Assembly: GCA_051439505.1 (NCBI GenBank)
Contig: JBFRWI010000228.1
Span: 62,638-126,637, forward strand
Reading direction: 5' to 3'
DNA from: Hormoscilla sp.
Lineage (GTDB): Bacteria > Cyanobacteriota > Cyanobacteriia > Cyanobacteriales > Desertifilaceae
Length of the DNA stretch: 64,000 nt
Shown: positions 10,546-20,665 of the stretch, piece by piece
Layout of the letters: each line of letters starts with the position of its first letter
Numbering within the stretch: position 1 is the stretch's first letter
Made by a program: the position numbers and the translations under genes
The notes under the pieces: generated by a model
Databases searched by the model: none
The model's input: the letters and a program-made list of their open reading frames with translations, nothing else
What the model was told of the DNA's origin: nothing

Positions 10546-10997
10546 TAAATAAGAGTAGCAATAAAGGAAATCGCAACTCCCAGTAGGAAACCGACAATTA
10601 CCTGCACGGGAGTATGTCCGAGCAATTCCTTTAAGCGGCCTTCGCTCAACTCATGTTTATCGTGAAATAGCTCGTCAATCATCTGGTTGAGAATGCGCGC
10701 CTGCTTGCCAGCAGCTTGGCGGACACCAGCAGCATCGTACATGACGATAATCGCAAAAATAGTGGCGATCGCGAAATCAGGACTTTCCCAGCCGGTTTTC
10801 TGTCCCACTTCCGTGGCCAGGGCCGCCACCAGGGCCGAATGAGAACTGGGCATGCCACCAGTGGTGACTAAAACGCGGACATTCAGCTTCTGATTTTTTA
10901 CCAGCTCGACCACTAGCTTGAGTGCTTGAGCGATCAAACAGGCGATCAGCGATACCAACAGCACGCGATTGTTCAGGATATGGCCAAGGTCCTGCAT
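10539..10997 (-). CDS. divergent PAP2 family protein (DUF212)
   Basis: GGMPSSHSA, YDAAGVRQAAG, LGHTP; next to crtE. Confidence 0.93.
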   Translation of the reverse strand: MQDLGHILNNRVLLVSLIACLIAQALKLVVELVKNQKLNVRVLVTTGGMPSSHSALVAALATEVGQKTGWESPDFAIATIFAIIVMYDAAGVRQAAGKQARILNQMIDELFHDKHELSEGRLKELLGHTPVQVIVGFLLGVAISFIATLIYG

Positions 10998-11006
10998 AAT
11001 GGTTTT

Positions 11007-11927
11007 CTAGTTACTGCGGGTGGTGATAAAATCGGCGATCGCCATCAGGGGTATCGCCCGTTCTCCAAAGGGTTCCAGTTGAGCCTTTGCCTCTTCCACT
11101 AGCTTTGTGGCCTGGTTGCGAGACTCCTCAATTCCCCAGATACTAGGGAAAGTCACCTTTTGGGCTTGCAGGTCTTTACCAGCCGTTTTGCCCAACTCGG
11201 CTTGGGTCGCCGTAATATCAAGAATATCATCGATAATCTGAAAGGCCAAACCAATATTCTGGGCATATTTCGACAGCCGTTCTAATTCCGGTGCTGGACA
11301 GCCAGCTAGCATCGCCCCCGAGACTACTGTAGATTCTAACAGCGCTCCGGTTTTGTGAGTATGAATATAATTGAGTGTTGACTCCGGCACGTCCGACTTG
11401 CCTTCATATTCCAGGTCCACCACTTGACCGCCCACCAACCCCGCCGCCCCCGAGGCTTTTGCTATCTGGGTAATTACTGCCAACACCCGATCGGCTGGGA
11501 CATTTTCCGTGGCCCGGGCAATATATTCAAAGGCATAGATCATCAGGCCATCCCCTGCTAGGATCGCCATGTTTTCCCCATATACTTTATGGTTCGTCGG
11601 CTTGCCTCTGCGAAAATCATCATTGTCCATGGCTGGCAAGTCATCATGGATCAATGACATGGTGTGGATCATCTCCAAGGCGCAGGCTGTGGGCATGGCC
11701 ATTTCCGCCGTGCCTCCCGTTAACTCGCAGCTAGCAAGGCAAAGGATGGGACGCAAGCGCTTGCCACCAGCTAACAGGGAGTAGCGCATCGCCTCATAGA
11801 TCTTTTCGGGATAGCTGACTGGTAATGCCCGATCGAGGGCTGCATCCACCAGCGCCTTGCGTTTTTGCAGGTAGACTTTCAGGTCAAATGCTTCAGTGGC
11901 TTGTTGATTATCTTTCACTAACATCAC
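11007..11927 (-). CDS. crtE: geranylgeranyl diphosphate synthase
   Basis: [31 protein letters not shown]. Confidence 0.95.
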   Translation of the reverse strand: MMLVKDNQQATEAFDLKVYLQKRKALVDAALDRALPVSYPEKIYEAMRYSLLAGGKRLRPILCLASCELTGGTAEMAMPTACALEMIHTMSLIHDDLPAMDNDDFRRGKPTNHKVYGENMAILAGDGLMIYAFEYIARATENVPADRVLAVITQIAKASGAAGLVGGQVVDLEYEGKSDVPESTLNYIHTHKTGALLESTVVSGAMLAGCPAPELERLSKYAQNIGLAFQIIDDILDITATQAELGKTAGKDLQAQKVTFPSIWGIEESRNQATKLVEEAKAQLEPFGERAIPLMAIADFITTRSN

Positions 11928-11937
11928 GAGTATGCAC

Positions 11938-12807
11938 TTAAATTCGCTGGATATAGCTCCATACCGTATTTTCCAACAGCATGGCCACAGTCATCGGACC
12001 AACCCCGCCGGGAACGGGCGTGATATATTGCGCCACGGCCCCCACTTCCTCAAAATGAACGTCTCCTACTAAACGCACCTTCCCCTTTGCGTCGGTGATT
12101 CGGTTAATCCCCACATCCAGAACTACGACTCCGTCTTTAACCATGTCGCCTTTGATCATTTGAGGATTGCCTGTCGCCACAATTAGAATATCAGCTTTTC
12201 GGGTAATTTCTGCTAAATTTTGGGTGAAGATATGGGCGATCGTCACCGTGGCATTGGCGGCCAACAGCATCAGGGCCGCTGGTTTACCCGCCAGGATACT
12301 GGCTCCCACCACCACCGCATGTTTACCCTGAACGGGAATTTGGTATGCTTCTAACAGGCGCATCATGCCTGCTGGGGTGCAGCTGCCCAATCCCGGTTCT
12401 CCCAGTACCAGTTTCCCCATATTAGTAGGGTGGAGTCCATCGACATCCTTGTCGGGGTGGATTCGATCTAAAAGTGGTTTAGCATTTAAGTGTTGCGGTA
12501 GGGGCAGCTGGAGGAGGATACCGTCTACCCGTAAGTCAGCATTGAGATTGTCAATTATTGCTTCTAGTTCTGCTTGGGTGGTAGTTACTGGCAAATGCCG
12601 GCTAAAAGAGGCAATACCCACCTTAGCACAGGCTTCCTGCTTCTTGCGTACGTAGACAATGCTGGCGGGGTCGTCCCCTACCATCAGCACTGCTAACCCT
12701 GGAGGACGCTTGCCATCTGCTTGTAGGGTCTTCACGCGATTTCCCAATTCCGATTGCATCTGCTTTGCCAGGGCTTTACCATCTAAGATTTGAGCCATTT
12801 TAGTCAT
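11938..12807 (-). CDS. folD: methylenetetrahydrofolate dehydrogenase/cyclohydrolase
   Basis: [29 protein letters not shown]. Confidence 0.96.
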   Translation of the reverse strand: MTKMAQILDGKALAKQMQSELGNRVKTLQADGKRPPGLAVLMVGDDPASIVYVRKKQEACAKVGIASFSRHLPVTTTQAELEAIIDNLNADLRVDGILLQLPLPQHLNAKPLLDRIHPDKDVDGLHPTNMGKLVLGEPGLGSCTPAGMMRLLEAYQIPVQGKHAVVVGASILAGKPAALMLLAANATVTIAHIFTQNLAEITRKADILIVATGNPQMIKGDMVKDGVVVLDVGINRITDAKGKVRLVGDVHFEEVGAVAQYITPVPGGVGPMTVAMLLENTVWSYIQRI

Positions 12808-12916
12808 GAGTCCGATACTATTGAGGCCAGAGCCTCTTTCTCCCTGACCATTTTCCTGTCCCAAAGGATATCATGCTTGTATAGCAACACCTACCATTTT
12901 CCATGGGAGGGTATGC

Positions 12917-13339
12917 GTGACTTGTATGAGCAAATCTAATATGACAATTGTCAAGAGACCGCTCTGCACTGCCTTGCTGCTCTTGGGGCTTTGGGGTTGC
13001 GGTAAGGAGGCACCGGATATCAAGCTCACCAATATCAGTGATATCCCGCAGATTGCTAAGGGCACAACTACAGTTTACTTAAAAGGCACGGTGATCGAGC
13101 AAGTCCCCTTGCTGGATGCTCAACTCTATCAGCTTGAGGATGCTAGCGGTAAGATGTGGGTGTCCACTACCTCAAGTTTGCCCGAACTCGGGGATGAAAT
13201 TACCATCGCTGGGGAGATCCGCTATGAAAGCATTCCCGTGGAAGGACTAGATTTTTCCGAGGTCTATATCTGGGAAACCCAAAAGCTAGAACAAGCAGAT
13301 CGAGAGGAGAAAACAAGTAATGAGAAATCAACCGGTTGA
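12917..13339 (+). CDS. putative lipoprotein, OB-fold-like
   Basis: Lipobox LWGC; VYLKGTV...YQLEDASGKMWV; start uncertain. Confidence 0.7.
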   Translation: MTCMSKSNMTIVKRPLCTALLLLGLWGCGKEAPDIKLTNISDIPQIAKGTTTVYLKGTVIEQVPLLDAQLYQLEDASGKMWVSTTSSLPELGDEITIAGEIRYESIPVEGLDFSEVYIWETQKLEQADREEKTSNEKSTG

Positions 13340-13763
13340 GGTGGCGATCGCGATCTTATATCGTCAAGACAGATTTTTGCTGCAGCTGCGAGATGATATC
13401 CCTAATATTTCCCATCCGGGTCTATGGGCTTTTTTTGGCGGTCACGTAGAACCCGGAGAAGCTTTAGAAGCAGCAATGCGGCGGGAATTATTAGAGGAAA
13501 TTGGCTATTGTCCGCCGGAGATTTCTTTCTTTCGCTGCTATAGAACGGATGAAGTCATTCGTCATATTTTTTCTGGGAGTATTGAGGTGGAACTGGAAGA
13601 CTTAGTCTTGGGGGAAGGTTGGGATATGGGGTTCTTGACTATAGCAGATATTCGCCGGGGTGAGTGTTACTCGGAAAATGCGGGTGAAGTGCGACCCATC
13701 AGTAGTATACATCAAGGGATTTTGTTAGATTTTATAGAGGAACGCAAGATTGAGAATTGTTAA
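13320..13763 (+). CDS. NUDIX hydrolase
   Basis: GGHVEPGE...AMRRELLEEIG Nudix box. Confidence 0.93.
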   Translation: MRNQPVEVAIAILYRQDRFLLQLRDDIPNISHPGLWAFFGGHVEPGEALEAAMRRELLEEIGYCPPEISFFRCYRTDEVIRHIFSGSIEVELEDLVLGEGWDMGFLTIADIRRGECYSENAGEVRPISSIHQGILLDFIEERKIENC

Positions 13764-13838
13764 TAGAAAATTGTCAATTGAGAATTAATGATTCGCGAGT
13801 GAGATGCTGTTGGGTATGCGGAGTAAAGGAAGTGGACA

Positions 13839-15062
13839 ATGCTTAAGAAACTTATCCTGGAAAACTGGAAAAGCTTCCAGTATGCGGAACTACCGATCGA
13901 CCCCTTGACCGTGCTCGTCGGTACTAATGCTAGTGGCAAATCTAATGCTATTGATGCCTTGGATTTTCTCAATCGGATGGCGTGGGATGTGGAAATTCAA
14001 AAAGCTTTGACGGGCGATCGCTATTTTCCGGAAATCAGAGGCGGACTTGAGTGGGCGAGTTTGAATGACTGCAAAGCATTTACATTAAAAGCATTAATTC
14101 AAGGAGAAGATGAAACCACTGATTACCTTTACAGTATTACCATAGAAATTTCTTACCGGGCACAGCTTGGGGCTGAATCTCTTTTCCGGTTAAAGAAAAC
14201 ATCTGGTAATGCTAGGTCGAAAATCTGCTTATTTCATACAGATGCCCCATCGGAGTCGAGCATCTATATGCGACTCAAAGATAAACATCAATTGCCCTTT
14301 GGTACAGACCGCCTCTATTCTAAGTTAAACTGGTTGATACTGGTTAGCGGACTAGACGAAGAAGTTGTGCGAGGGATTAAGGTAGTTTTACAAACCCTCA
14401 GAAACATTGTTATCTTAAATCCAATTCCTGCCAACATGCGGAATTATTCACCACTTGACGATCGGATGGAAGATGATGCCTCCAATATTGCCGGGTTACT
14501 AGCAGCATTACCTTCCGAACAGAAAGAGAAAGTGGAATCAACTCTATCTGCTTACGCCAGGAAGTTGCCAACAGGAGATTTTCAGAAAGTCTGGGCTGAA
14601 AAAGTGGGCAAGTTTGGTTCCCATGCTATGATCTATTGTGAAGAATTATGGAAACCGGATGAACCCAAATTGATTGATGCCCGGGTCATGTCAGATGGCA
14701 CCTTGCGCTTTCTAGGAATTGTGACAGCATTGCTGACCTTCCCAGAAGGAAGTCAACTGGTAATTGAAGATGTCGATAGCGGACTTCATCCCTCCCGGGC
14801 GGACTTATTGATCGAAATGCTGGGAGAAATTGGCGAACAGAGGAAAATTGATATTTTAGTGACGACTCATGATGCAGCTATGCTAGATGCTTTAGGACCG
14901 GAGATAGTTCCGTTTGTGGTGGTCGCCCACCGAGATCCTGAGACGGGATCTAGCAGACTGACGCTTCTAGAAGAGATTGAAAACCTGCCCAAGTTGATGG
15001 CATCGGGAACTTTGGGTAAACTGACCGCTAAGGGGGCGATCGAAAGGAGTATTTCAGGTTAA
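13839..15062 (+). CDS. ABC/SMC-like ATPase (AAA_21-type)
   Basis: Walker A GTNASGKS, signature MSDGT, Walker B IEDVDSGLHP, TTH. Confidence 0.9.
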   Translation: MLKKLILENWKSFQYAELPIDPLTVLVGTNASGKSNAIDALDFLNRMAWDVEIQKALTGDRYFPEIRGGLEWASLNDCKAFTLKALIQGEDETTDYLYSITIEISYRAQLGAESLFRLKKTSGNARSKICLFHTDAPSESSIYMRLKDKHQLPFGTDRLYSKLNWLILVSGLDEEVVRGIKVVLQTLRNIVILNPIPANMRNYSPLDDRMEDDASNIAGLLAALPSEQKEKVESTLSAYARKLPTGDFQKVWAEKVGKFGSHAMIYCEELWKPDEPKLIDARVMSDGTLRFLGIVTALLTFPEGSQLVIEDVDSGLHPSRADLLIEMLGEIGEQRKIDILVTTHDAAMLDALGPEIVPFVVVAHRDPETGSSRLTLLEEIENLPKLMASGTLGKLTAKGAIERSISG

Positions 15063-15095
15063 GTTAAGCGTAAGGTGGGCAGTGCCCACCCGACA

Positions 15096-15707
15096 TTAGG
15101 AGATTTCGCCTCTAATGACTGCTTGAAACTCCTGCACGGCATCATACTGGTCGGGATAGTCAATATAGCGTAGTAACAAAGCTAAATCTAAATCGGGAAA
15201 AAATTTACTTCGGTGTACTTCTTCATACTCTTTTTTTCTCAAATCAAAAACCTGCAATTGGTTTGACTGACAAAACCAAACTTCCGGAACTCCTATCTGT
15301 TTGTACAGTTCTCGCTTGTCGATCGTACTGCTAGTCATAATGACTTCTATGACAATATCGGGAATATCTTTATCGCTGCTAATGGAGTAAGAGTCGTCCG
15401 GTTCGCCATAAGCATAACCCGTCTTCTCGATGGGAAACCTGCCACAGAGATAAAACCGGATACCCTGTTCTTTCATGTAAGCTTCTAGCAGCGACCCTAG
15501 GGTACTTTTTATCCGTTCGTGCTTGCGACTCGGTGGTGAGATAATCTCTAATACTCCTGCTAAATAGAACAATCTTACTGCTTGCAGACCCTGGAAACTG
15601 GCTTTGATGGCTTGGAAACGCTCCCAGCTGATGTCGCCGAGGGCGATCGAGCTGTCTTGGTCTGCTTGACTGACTTGTTTTCTGAGGGTTTGAGGATTCA
15701 TAGGCAA
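15096..15707 (-). CDS. Uma2 family endonuclease
   Basis: EPD.SY...PDIVIEV, Y..IGVPEVW. Confidence 0.88.
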   Translation of the reverse strand: MPMNPQTLRKQVSQADQDSSIALGDISWERFQAIKASFQGLQAVRLFYLAGVLEIISPPSRKHERIKSTLGSLLEAYMKEQGIRFYLCGRFPIEKTGYAYGEPDDSYSISSDKDIPDIVIEVIMTSSTIDKRELYKQIGVPEVWFCQSNQLQVFDLRKKEYEEVHRSKFFPDLDLALLLRYIDYPDQYDAVQEFQAVIRGEIS

Positions 15708-15984
15708 TGGTTTTCACTCTGTCTGCTTCTATTCTAGCACAACTCAACCGCAGGCGATCGCTGGAGTTTGACGGTCTAATTTTTTTCATTCCCGATCATG
15801 ATTATACGGAGATTGACAAATTCCCTCTATTTATGTTTAACTAGAATTAGATGTGAAAATTATAAAATTTGGTCAGAATAAATGCCCGATCGCATCCAAA
15901 TAAACACCCAGAGGATGATAGCGGTTTTTTCGTAACGTCCGTCGAGAAGGAATATTGATATTACCCCAGAACAGCAAAGATGAC

Positions 15985-16014
15985 TTGACAAAGCTGATCG
16001 AACTTTGCTATAAT
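15985..16014 (+). promoter_or_regulatory. near-consensus sigma70 promoter with extended -10
   Basis: TTGACA-18 bp-TATAAT preceded by TG. Confidence 0.7.
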
Positions 16015-16120
16015 GAGGGAGAACGGGAAATCAGGTATAGGAGCCCATGACTCACTACCTATGCTAGAATGTTCTAGAGATTCCAATATGCCAGATCCTG
16101 CAAGGGAGGTCGATCCAGCC

Positions 16121-16681
16121 ATGCCTTTTATTGCCAAAATCCCCAGCACCGGCGAAAGAGTAGACATTACAAAAATTAAAAATCCGCGAGCAGAGCTGAA
16201 AGCGGATGATTTGGTATGTCAGCTTTGTGGTCAACCGATGATCGTCCGCCAAGGATTTCTCCGGAAACCTCACTTTGCCCACAAAGCTGAATGCACAAGT
16301 GATTACAAGCGTCATCCAGAAAGTCCACAGCATCGTGCGGGGAAAGAATTAATAGCAGCAACTATAAAAAAGGAACTGGCAGATTACAGTCTTGCGAAAG
16401 TGGAATATGAGTTTCCTATTCCTGAAGCGAAGCGGGTTGCGGATGTTGCGGCTCTTTTTCCAAATGGTTGGATAGTAGCCCATGAATGTCAGTTAGCATC
16501 AATTACAGTAGAAGAACTTGAGCAACGAACGGAGGATTATTTACATGCAGGAGTTGACGTTGTTTGGTGGCTTGGCAAGGATGCAAATACCCCAGGAAAT
16601 CGAGATTGGTGTCAGTCAAAATTTGGGGCTGCCCTCATACTCAATTATGAGCAGCTGTCTGCCGAAGACCGAGAAGACTAA
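16121..16681 (+). CDS. CoiA-like protein (Zn finger plus PD-(D/E)XK nuclease)
   Basis: CQLC..HFAH..C, ESPQH..GK, RVADV...HECQLA, RT..Y...GVDVVW; GGAGG before ATG 16121. Confidence 0.8.
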   Translation: MPFIAKIPSTGERVDITKIKNPRAELKADDLVCQLCGQPMIVRQGFLRKPHFAHKAECTSDYKRHPESPQHRAGKELIAATIKKELADYSLAKVEYEFPIPEAKRVADVAALFPNGWIVAHECQLASITVEELEQRTEDYLHAGVDVVWWLGKDANTPGNRDWCQSKFGAALILNYEQLSAEDRED

Positions 16682-16859
16682 GACTGTAGATATTGTCAGT
16701 TATGAGTTTTACCCACAGGAGTGGCATGATCGTAAAGGAATTAGTCAAAATTGTGGTTTGTCCTCATACTCAATTATGAGAGAATCTCTGCCGAATATCA
16801 AAGAGACTAAGAGTGTAAATATTTTAACTTATGAGTTTTACCCAGAGGAGTGGTATGAC
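16614..16859 (+). repeat. diverged 129-bp tandem duplication
   Basis: AGTCAAAATT at 16614 and 16743; shared CCTCATACTCAATTATGAG and TTATGAGTTTTACCCA blocks. Confidence 0.9.
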
Positions 16860-17513
16860 AATAGTGTAAAGGGGAAATTGTTGAATGAGCTCCATAAATG
16901 CTTAATATATAGAGAAAGAAATATATATAGAAGGGAAGAAAGTTTACGGATGCACGAAGAGACAGAAAAAGTAATTGAAGATTACTTAAAGTTAATTTGC
17001 CTAGAGAAAAGCAATGAAAAATGGCAAAAGAAGTGGGGAAAAGTAATTGTGAAAGATGAGATAAATAATTTAGATAAAATCGTGATAAAATATATAGAAA
17101 AGTTTGGGGTAAATCAAAAAAAGCTTGAAATAGAAATTAGGTGTCAATATGACGTAGATTATGAGTCACATGAGTCACTTTCAGGAGAATCACGTTGGCT
17201 GATTCACACGACGAGTTTAATGTTGAGGCGTTGTCTGCAAATATGGCAGAAATTAAACAAAGCTCAAATTATACGCGGGCTGGCATTACAACAGCGCGGG
17301 ATCAACTATATGAATGGTTTAATTGGAGCACTAAACAGTAAAAAGGCGATACAGAAACAGGGAAAAGGAGTTGATGCTGCATGGGTTGTGATGGATATTA
17401 ACAGCCTGAAACCTGACCGTAGCAAAATTCTCCCCGTGAGTGGTGTTGAAGCAGCTAAAAGAAGGGCCCGTGAGTGGAAAAAGCAAGGTCTGTTCTCATC
17501 TGATAAAAGCTAG
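16647..17513 (+). CDS. hypothetical protein overlapping the CoiA-like gene, with a duplicated N-terminal segment
   Basis: Long AT-rich ORF; SYEFYPQEWHD / TYEFYPEEWYD repeat; start uncertain. Confidence 0.65.
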   Translation: MSSCLPKTEKTKTVDIVSYEFYPQEWHDRKGISQNCGLSSYSIMRESLPNIKETKSVNILTYEFYPEEWYDNSVKGKLLNELHKCLIYRERNIYRREESLRMHEETEKVIEDYLKLICLEKSNEKWQKKWGKVIVKDEINNLDKIVIKYIEKFGVNQKKLEIEIRCQYDVDYESHESLSGESRWLIHTTSLMLRRCLQIWQKLNKAQIIRGLALQQRGINYMNGLIGALNSKKAIQKQGKGVDAAWVVMDINSLKPDRSKILPVSGVEAAKRRAREWKKQGLFSSDKS

Positions 17514-17586
17514 TCGGAAAGGGGCGATCGCCTGTTTCCCAGGGCCCGGCGCGATACTCCAGGTAACGGTCTGGGAACGAGACGAT

Positions 17587-17677
17587 AACACCGAAGCACT
17601 CTTCGTGCTTACTACGAACACCGAAACGCTAAAGCGTTTACTACGAACACCGAAACGCTAAAGCGTTTACTACGAAC
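17587..17677. repeat. tandem REP-like hairpin units of 29-30 bp, 3 copies
   Basis: AACACCG-AAACGCTAAAGCGTTT-ACTACG. Confidence 0.85.
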
Positions 17678-17739
17678 GCACCCGCTCGCATACCCATTAT
17701 GATAAAGTCTGTAGAAACACAAACCGCCAAGTCTGACCC

Positions 17740-20322
17740 GTGAAGAAGCATTCCGACCCTGCATCTACTCCTGAAACCGATCTGCCTCCCAACGCTGACT
17801 ACCGGCTGCTGGACCGCAGCAAGCTGACGCCCATGTTGCAGCATTATGCCGAAGTCAAGGATAAATACCCCCACGCCCTGTTGCTATATCGGGTGGGGGA
17901 CTTCTTTGAGTGCTTCTTCCTAGATGCTGTCACCATCTCTCGGGAACTGGAACTGGTACTCACCAGCAAGGAGGGGGGTAAGGAAATTGGCCGCGTCCCC
18001 ATGACCGGAGTTCCCCATCACGCCCTCGATCGCCACAGTACCAACATCGTCGAAAAAGGTTATCCCTTGGTGATCTGCGACCAAGCGGAAGATGCTGCTA
18101 CCGCTGCTGCCGAACGCCGCATGGTTACCCGGGAGGTGACCCAAGTGCTTACCCCCGGCACTTTAACTGAGGAGGGCATGTTAAGTCCCCGTCGCAATAA
18201 TTTCCTGGCAGCCGTTGTCATTGCTGGAGTAAATTGGGGGTTAGCCTATGCAGATATTTCTACGGGAGAATTTCTCACCACCCAAGGCAGTAACCCGGAA
18301 TATCTCACTCAAGAATTGATGCGCTTGCAACCTGCCGAAATTCTGGTTCCTACTAATATGCCAGACTTGACGGGGATGATGGTGCGTCCGGGAGAAGCAT
18401 CGACCCATTTGCATGAATGTCTGCCCTCCACCTTTTGCTACGCTTGGCGTCCCCAATATGTCTTCAGTTTGGCGGAGGCCAAGGAACGACTCCTGGATAG
18501 GTTTAACGTGCGATCGCTGGAAGGGATGGGTTGCGACCAGTTACCTTTGGGGGTGCGGGCGGCGGGGGGACTGCTGGAATATCTGGAGGAAACCCAAAAG
18601 CAAAGCCATGTTAATCTGCAACTCCTGCGCACCTATTCGACTACGGACTTTCTGATCCTAGATTACCAAACTCGCCGCAACCTGGAAATTGTCGAAACCG
18701 TTCGGGATGGCAGTTTTCACGGTTCTCTCCTATGGGCGATCGATCGCACGACGACCCCCATGGGAGGCCGGGCCTTGCGCCGCTGGTTGCTGCAACCTTT
18801 GCTGAAGTCCAAAGGCATCCGATCGCGGCAAGATACGATCCAGGAATTAGTAGACAATACCGAATTGCGCAAAAACCTGCGGCAACTATTGCGGCAAATT
18901 TACGATTTGGAAAGGTTAACAGGTCGGGCGGGTTCTGGTAGGGCCAATGCCAAGGATCTCTTCGCCCTGGCATCATCCCTAGACAAATTACCAGAATTAT
19001 CTGCTGTCACAACTAATGCCTATTCCCCCTTTCTGAGAACCTTACAGCAAGTCCCGCCGGAATTAGAACAGTTGGCGCAAGAAATTAAAACCTATCTGGT
19101 AGAACCGCCTCCCCAGCAGTTGAAAGAAGGGGGTTTAATTAGGCCAGGGGTAAACGAAATGCTAGATGAAATGCGGGCGGCGGCGGCAGATGACCAAAAG
19201 TGGCTGGCGAATTTAGAAAGCGAAGAGAGACAGCGAACGGGCATCGGCAATCTGAAAGTCGGCTATAATAAAACCTTCGGCTATTATATTAGCATCGCCC
19301 GGGCCAAAGCCGACCAGGTTCCCGATAACTACACGCGCAAGCAAACCCTAGTTAATGAAGAACGTTACATTACCCAAGAGTTGAAGGAACGGGAAGCACG
19401 AATTCTCACGGCCCGGGAGGAACTCAACGAGTTAGAATACGATATCTTTATCCGTCTGCGGGCGGAAGTGGGAGAAAAAGCCCCAGTAATTAGAACTGTT
19501 TCCCGGGCCGTAGCCGCTATAGATGTCTTGTGCAGTTTAGCAGAAGTTGCGGTCATCCAGGGTTATTGCCGTCCCGCGATCGCGGAAAGTCGAGAGATCG
19601 CCATTTCCGAAGGTCGTCATCCCGTGGTCGAACAATCTTTACCCGCTGGCTTCTTTGTCCCCAATTCCACTACCATTGGCAAAGAACTCTCCAACGAATC
19701 TCCGGATTTAATTATCCTCACCGGTCCCAATGCTAGCGGTAAAAGTTGCTATTTGCGACAGGTAGGTTTAATTCAATTGATGGCCCAGGTGGGGAGTTTT
19801 GTCCCCGCCCAGTCCGCGACCCTGGGACTGTGCGATCGGATCTTCACGCGGGTGGGGGCGGTGGACGACTTAGCCACAGGTCAATCTACATTCATGGTCG
19901 AAATGAACGAAACTGCCAATATCCTCAATCACGGGACGGCCCAGTCTTTGGTGTTGCTGGATGAAATAGGCAGAGGAACGGCTACCTTTGACGGTCTTTC
20001 TATTGCCTGGGCGGTAGCAGAATACCTGGCAGGGGAAATAAAATCCCGGACAATATTTGCCACCCACTATCACGAACTGAACGAACTAGCTTCCATTTTA
20101 GATAATGTGGCAAACTTCCAAGTAACAGTTAAGGAAATGCCCAACGAGATTATCTTTTTGCATCAAGTAGAACCCGGAGGCGCTAATAAATCTTATGGCA
20201 TAGAAGCGGGGCGTTTGGCAGGTTTGCCCCCAGTAGTGATTCAGCGGGCAAAGCAGGTGATGGGACAAATTGAAAAGCATAGCAAAATCGCGATCGGGCT
20301 TCGTGAAGGCATTGAAGATTAG
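17740..20322 (+). CDS. mutS: DNA mismatch repair protein MutS
   Basis: [48 protein letters not shown]. Confidence 0.98.
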   Translation: MKKHSDPASTPETDLPPNADYRLLDRSKLTPMLQHYAEVKDKYPHALLLYRVGDFFECFFLDAVTISRELELVLTSKEGGKEIGRVPMTGVPHHALDRHSTNIVEKGYPLVICDQAEDAATAAAERRMVTREVTQVLTPGTLTEEGMLSPRRNNFLAAVVIAGVNWGLAYADISTGEFLTTQGSNPEYLTQELMRLQPAEILVPTNMPDLTGMMVRPGEASTHLHECLPSTFCYAWRPQYVFSLAEAKERLLDRFNVRSLEGMGCDQLPLGVRAAGGLLEYLEETQKQSHVNLQLLRTYSTTDFLILDYQTRRNLEIVETVRDGSFHGSLLWAIDRTTTPMGGRALRRWLLQPLLKSKGIRSRQDTIQELVDNTELRKNLRQLLRQIYDLERLTGRAGSGRANAKDLFALASSLDKLPELSAVTTNAYSPFLRTLQQVPPELEQLAQEIKTYLVEPPPQQLKEGGLIRPGVNEMLDEMRAAAADDQKWLANLESEERQRTGIGNLKVGYNKTFGYYISIARAKADQVPDNYTRKQTLVNEERYITQELKEREARILTAREELNELEYDIFIRLRAEVGEKAPVIRTVSRAVAAIDVLCSLAEVAVIQGYCRPAIAESREIAISEGRHPVVEQSLPAGFFVPNSTTIGKELSNESPDLIILTGPNASGKSCYLRQVGLIQLMAQVGSFVPAQSATLGLCDRIFTRVGAVDDLATGQSTFMVEMNETANILNHGTAQSLVLLDEIGRGTATFDGLSIAWAVAEYLAGEIKSRTIFATHYHELNELASILDNVANFQVTVKEMPNEIIFLHQVEPGGANKSYGIEAGRLAGLPPVVIQRAKQVMGQIEKHSKIAIGLREGIED

Positions 20323-20466
20323 ACTTCTCTCTTCTCTCTTCGCTGTTAGTCCGCCGGGGGTATCCCACCCCAGGCTAATAGCTAAAGTTGCGTTTTGACC
20401 GACTGAAAGCATTATAGAAAAAAATGTAGGGTGGGCACCGCCCACCATTCGCGGCCAAGTAGCAAT

Positions 20467-20542
20467 GTAGGTTGGGTTGGAGCAACGTTACCCAACAGCA
20501 ATGTAGTAGAATGTAGGTTGGGTTGGAGCAACGTTACCCAAC
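20467..20542. repeat. REP-like GTAGGTTGGGTTGGAGCAACGTTACCCAACA, 2 copies (also about 22960 and 47588)
   Basis: Read directly. Confidence 0.85.
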
Positions 20543-20579
20543 ATGGTGCTCAATCTATAGATTAGCACGCTGATTTCTG

Positions 20580-20647
20580 ACTACAAACCGCAAGCACTAA
20601 AGTGCTTACTACAAACCGCAAGCACTAAAGTGCTTACTACAAACCGC
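20580..20647. repeat. tandem 28-bp REP-like units ACTACAAACCGCAAGCACTAAAGTGCTT
   Basis: Same family as 17587-17677. Confidence 0.85.
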
Positions 20648-20665
20648 CGTGTTATAGTATACAGT

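Noticed and set aside
16020..16120. Hammerhead ribozyme or known riboswitch in the CoiA-like leader
   Set aside because: Short stems exist but no CUGAnGA/GAAA core or recognisable aptamer on either strand
16614..16859. DGR template/variable repeat pair
   Set aside because: Mismatches are not confined to adenines in either copy and no reverse transcriptase is in the window
17587..17677. CRISPR-like array of 29-bp palindromic repeats (also 20580-20647)
   Set aside because: Units abut with no unique spacers, there are no cas genes, and single copies are dispersed: REP-like
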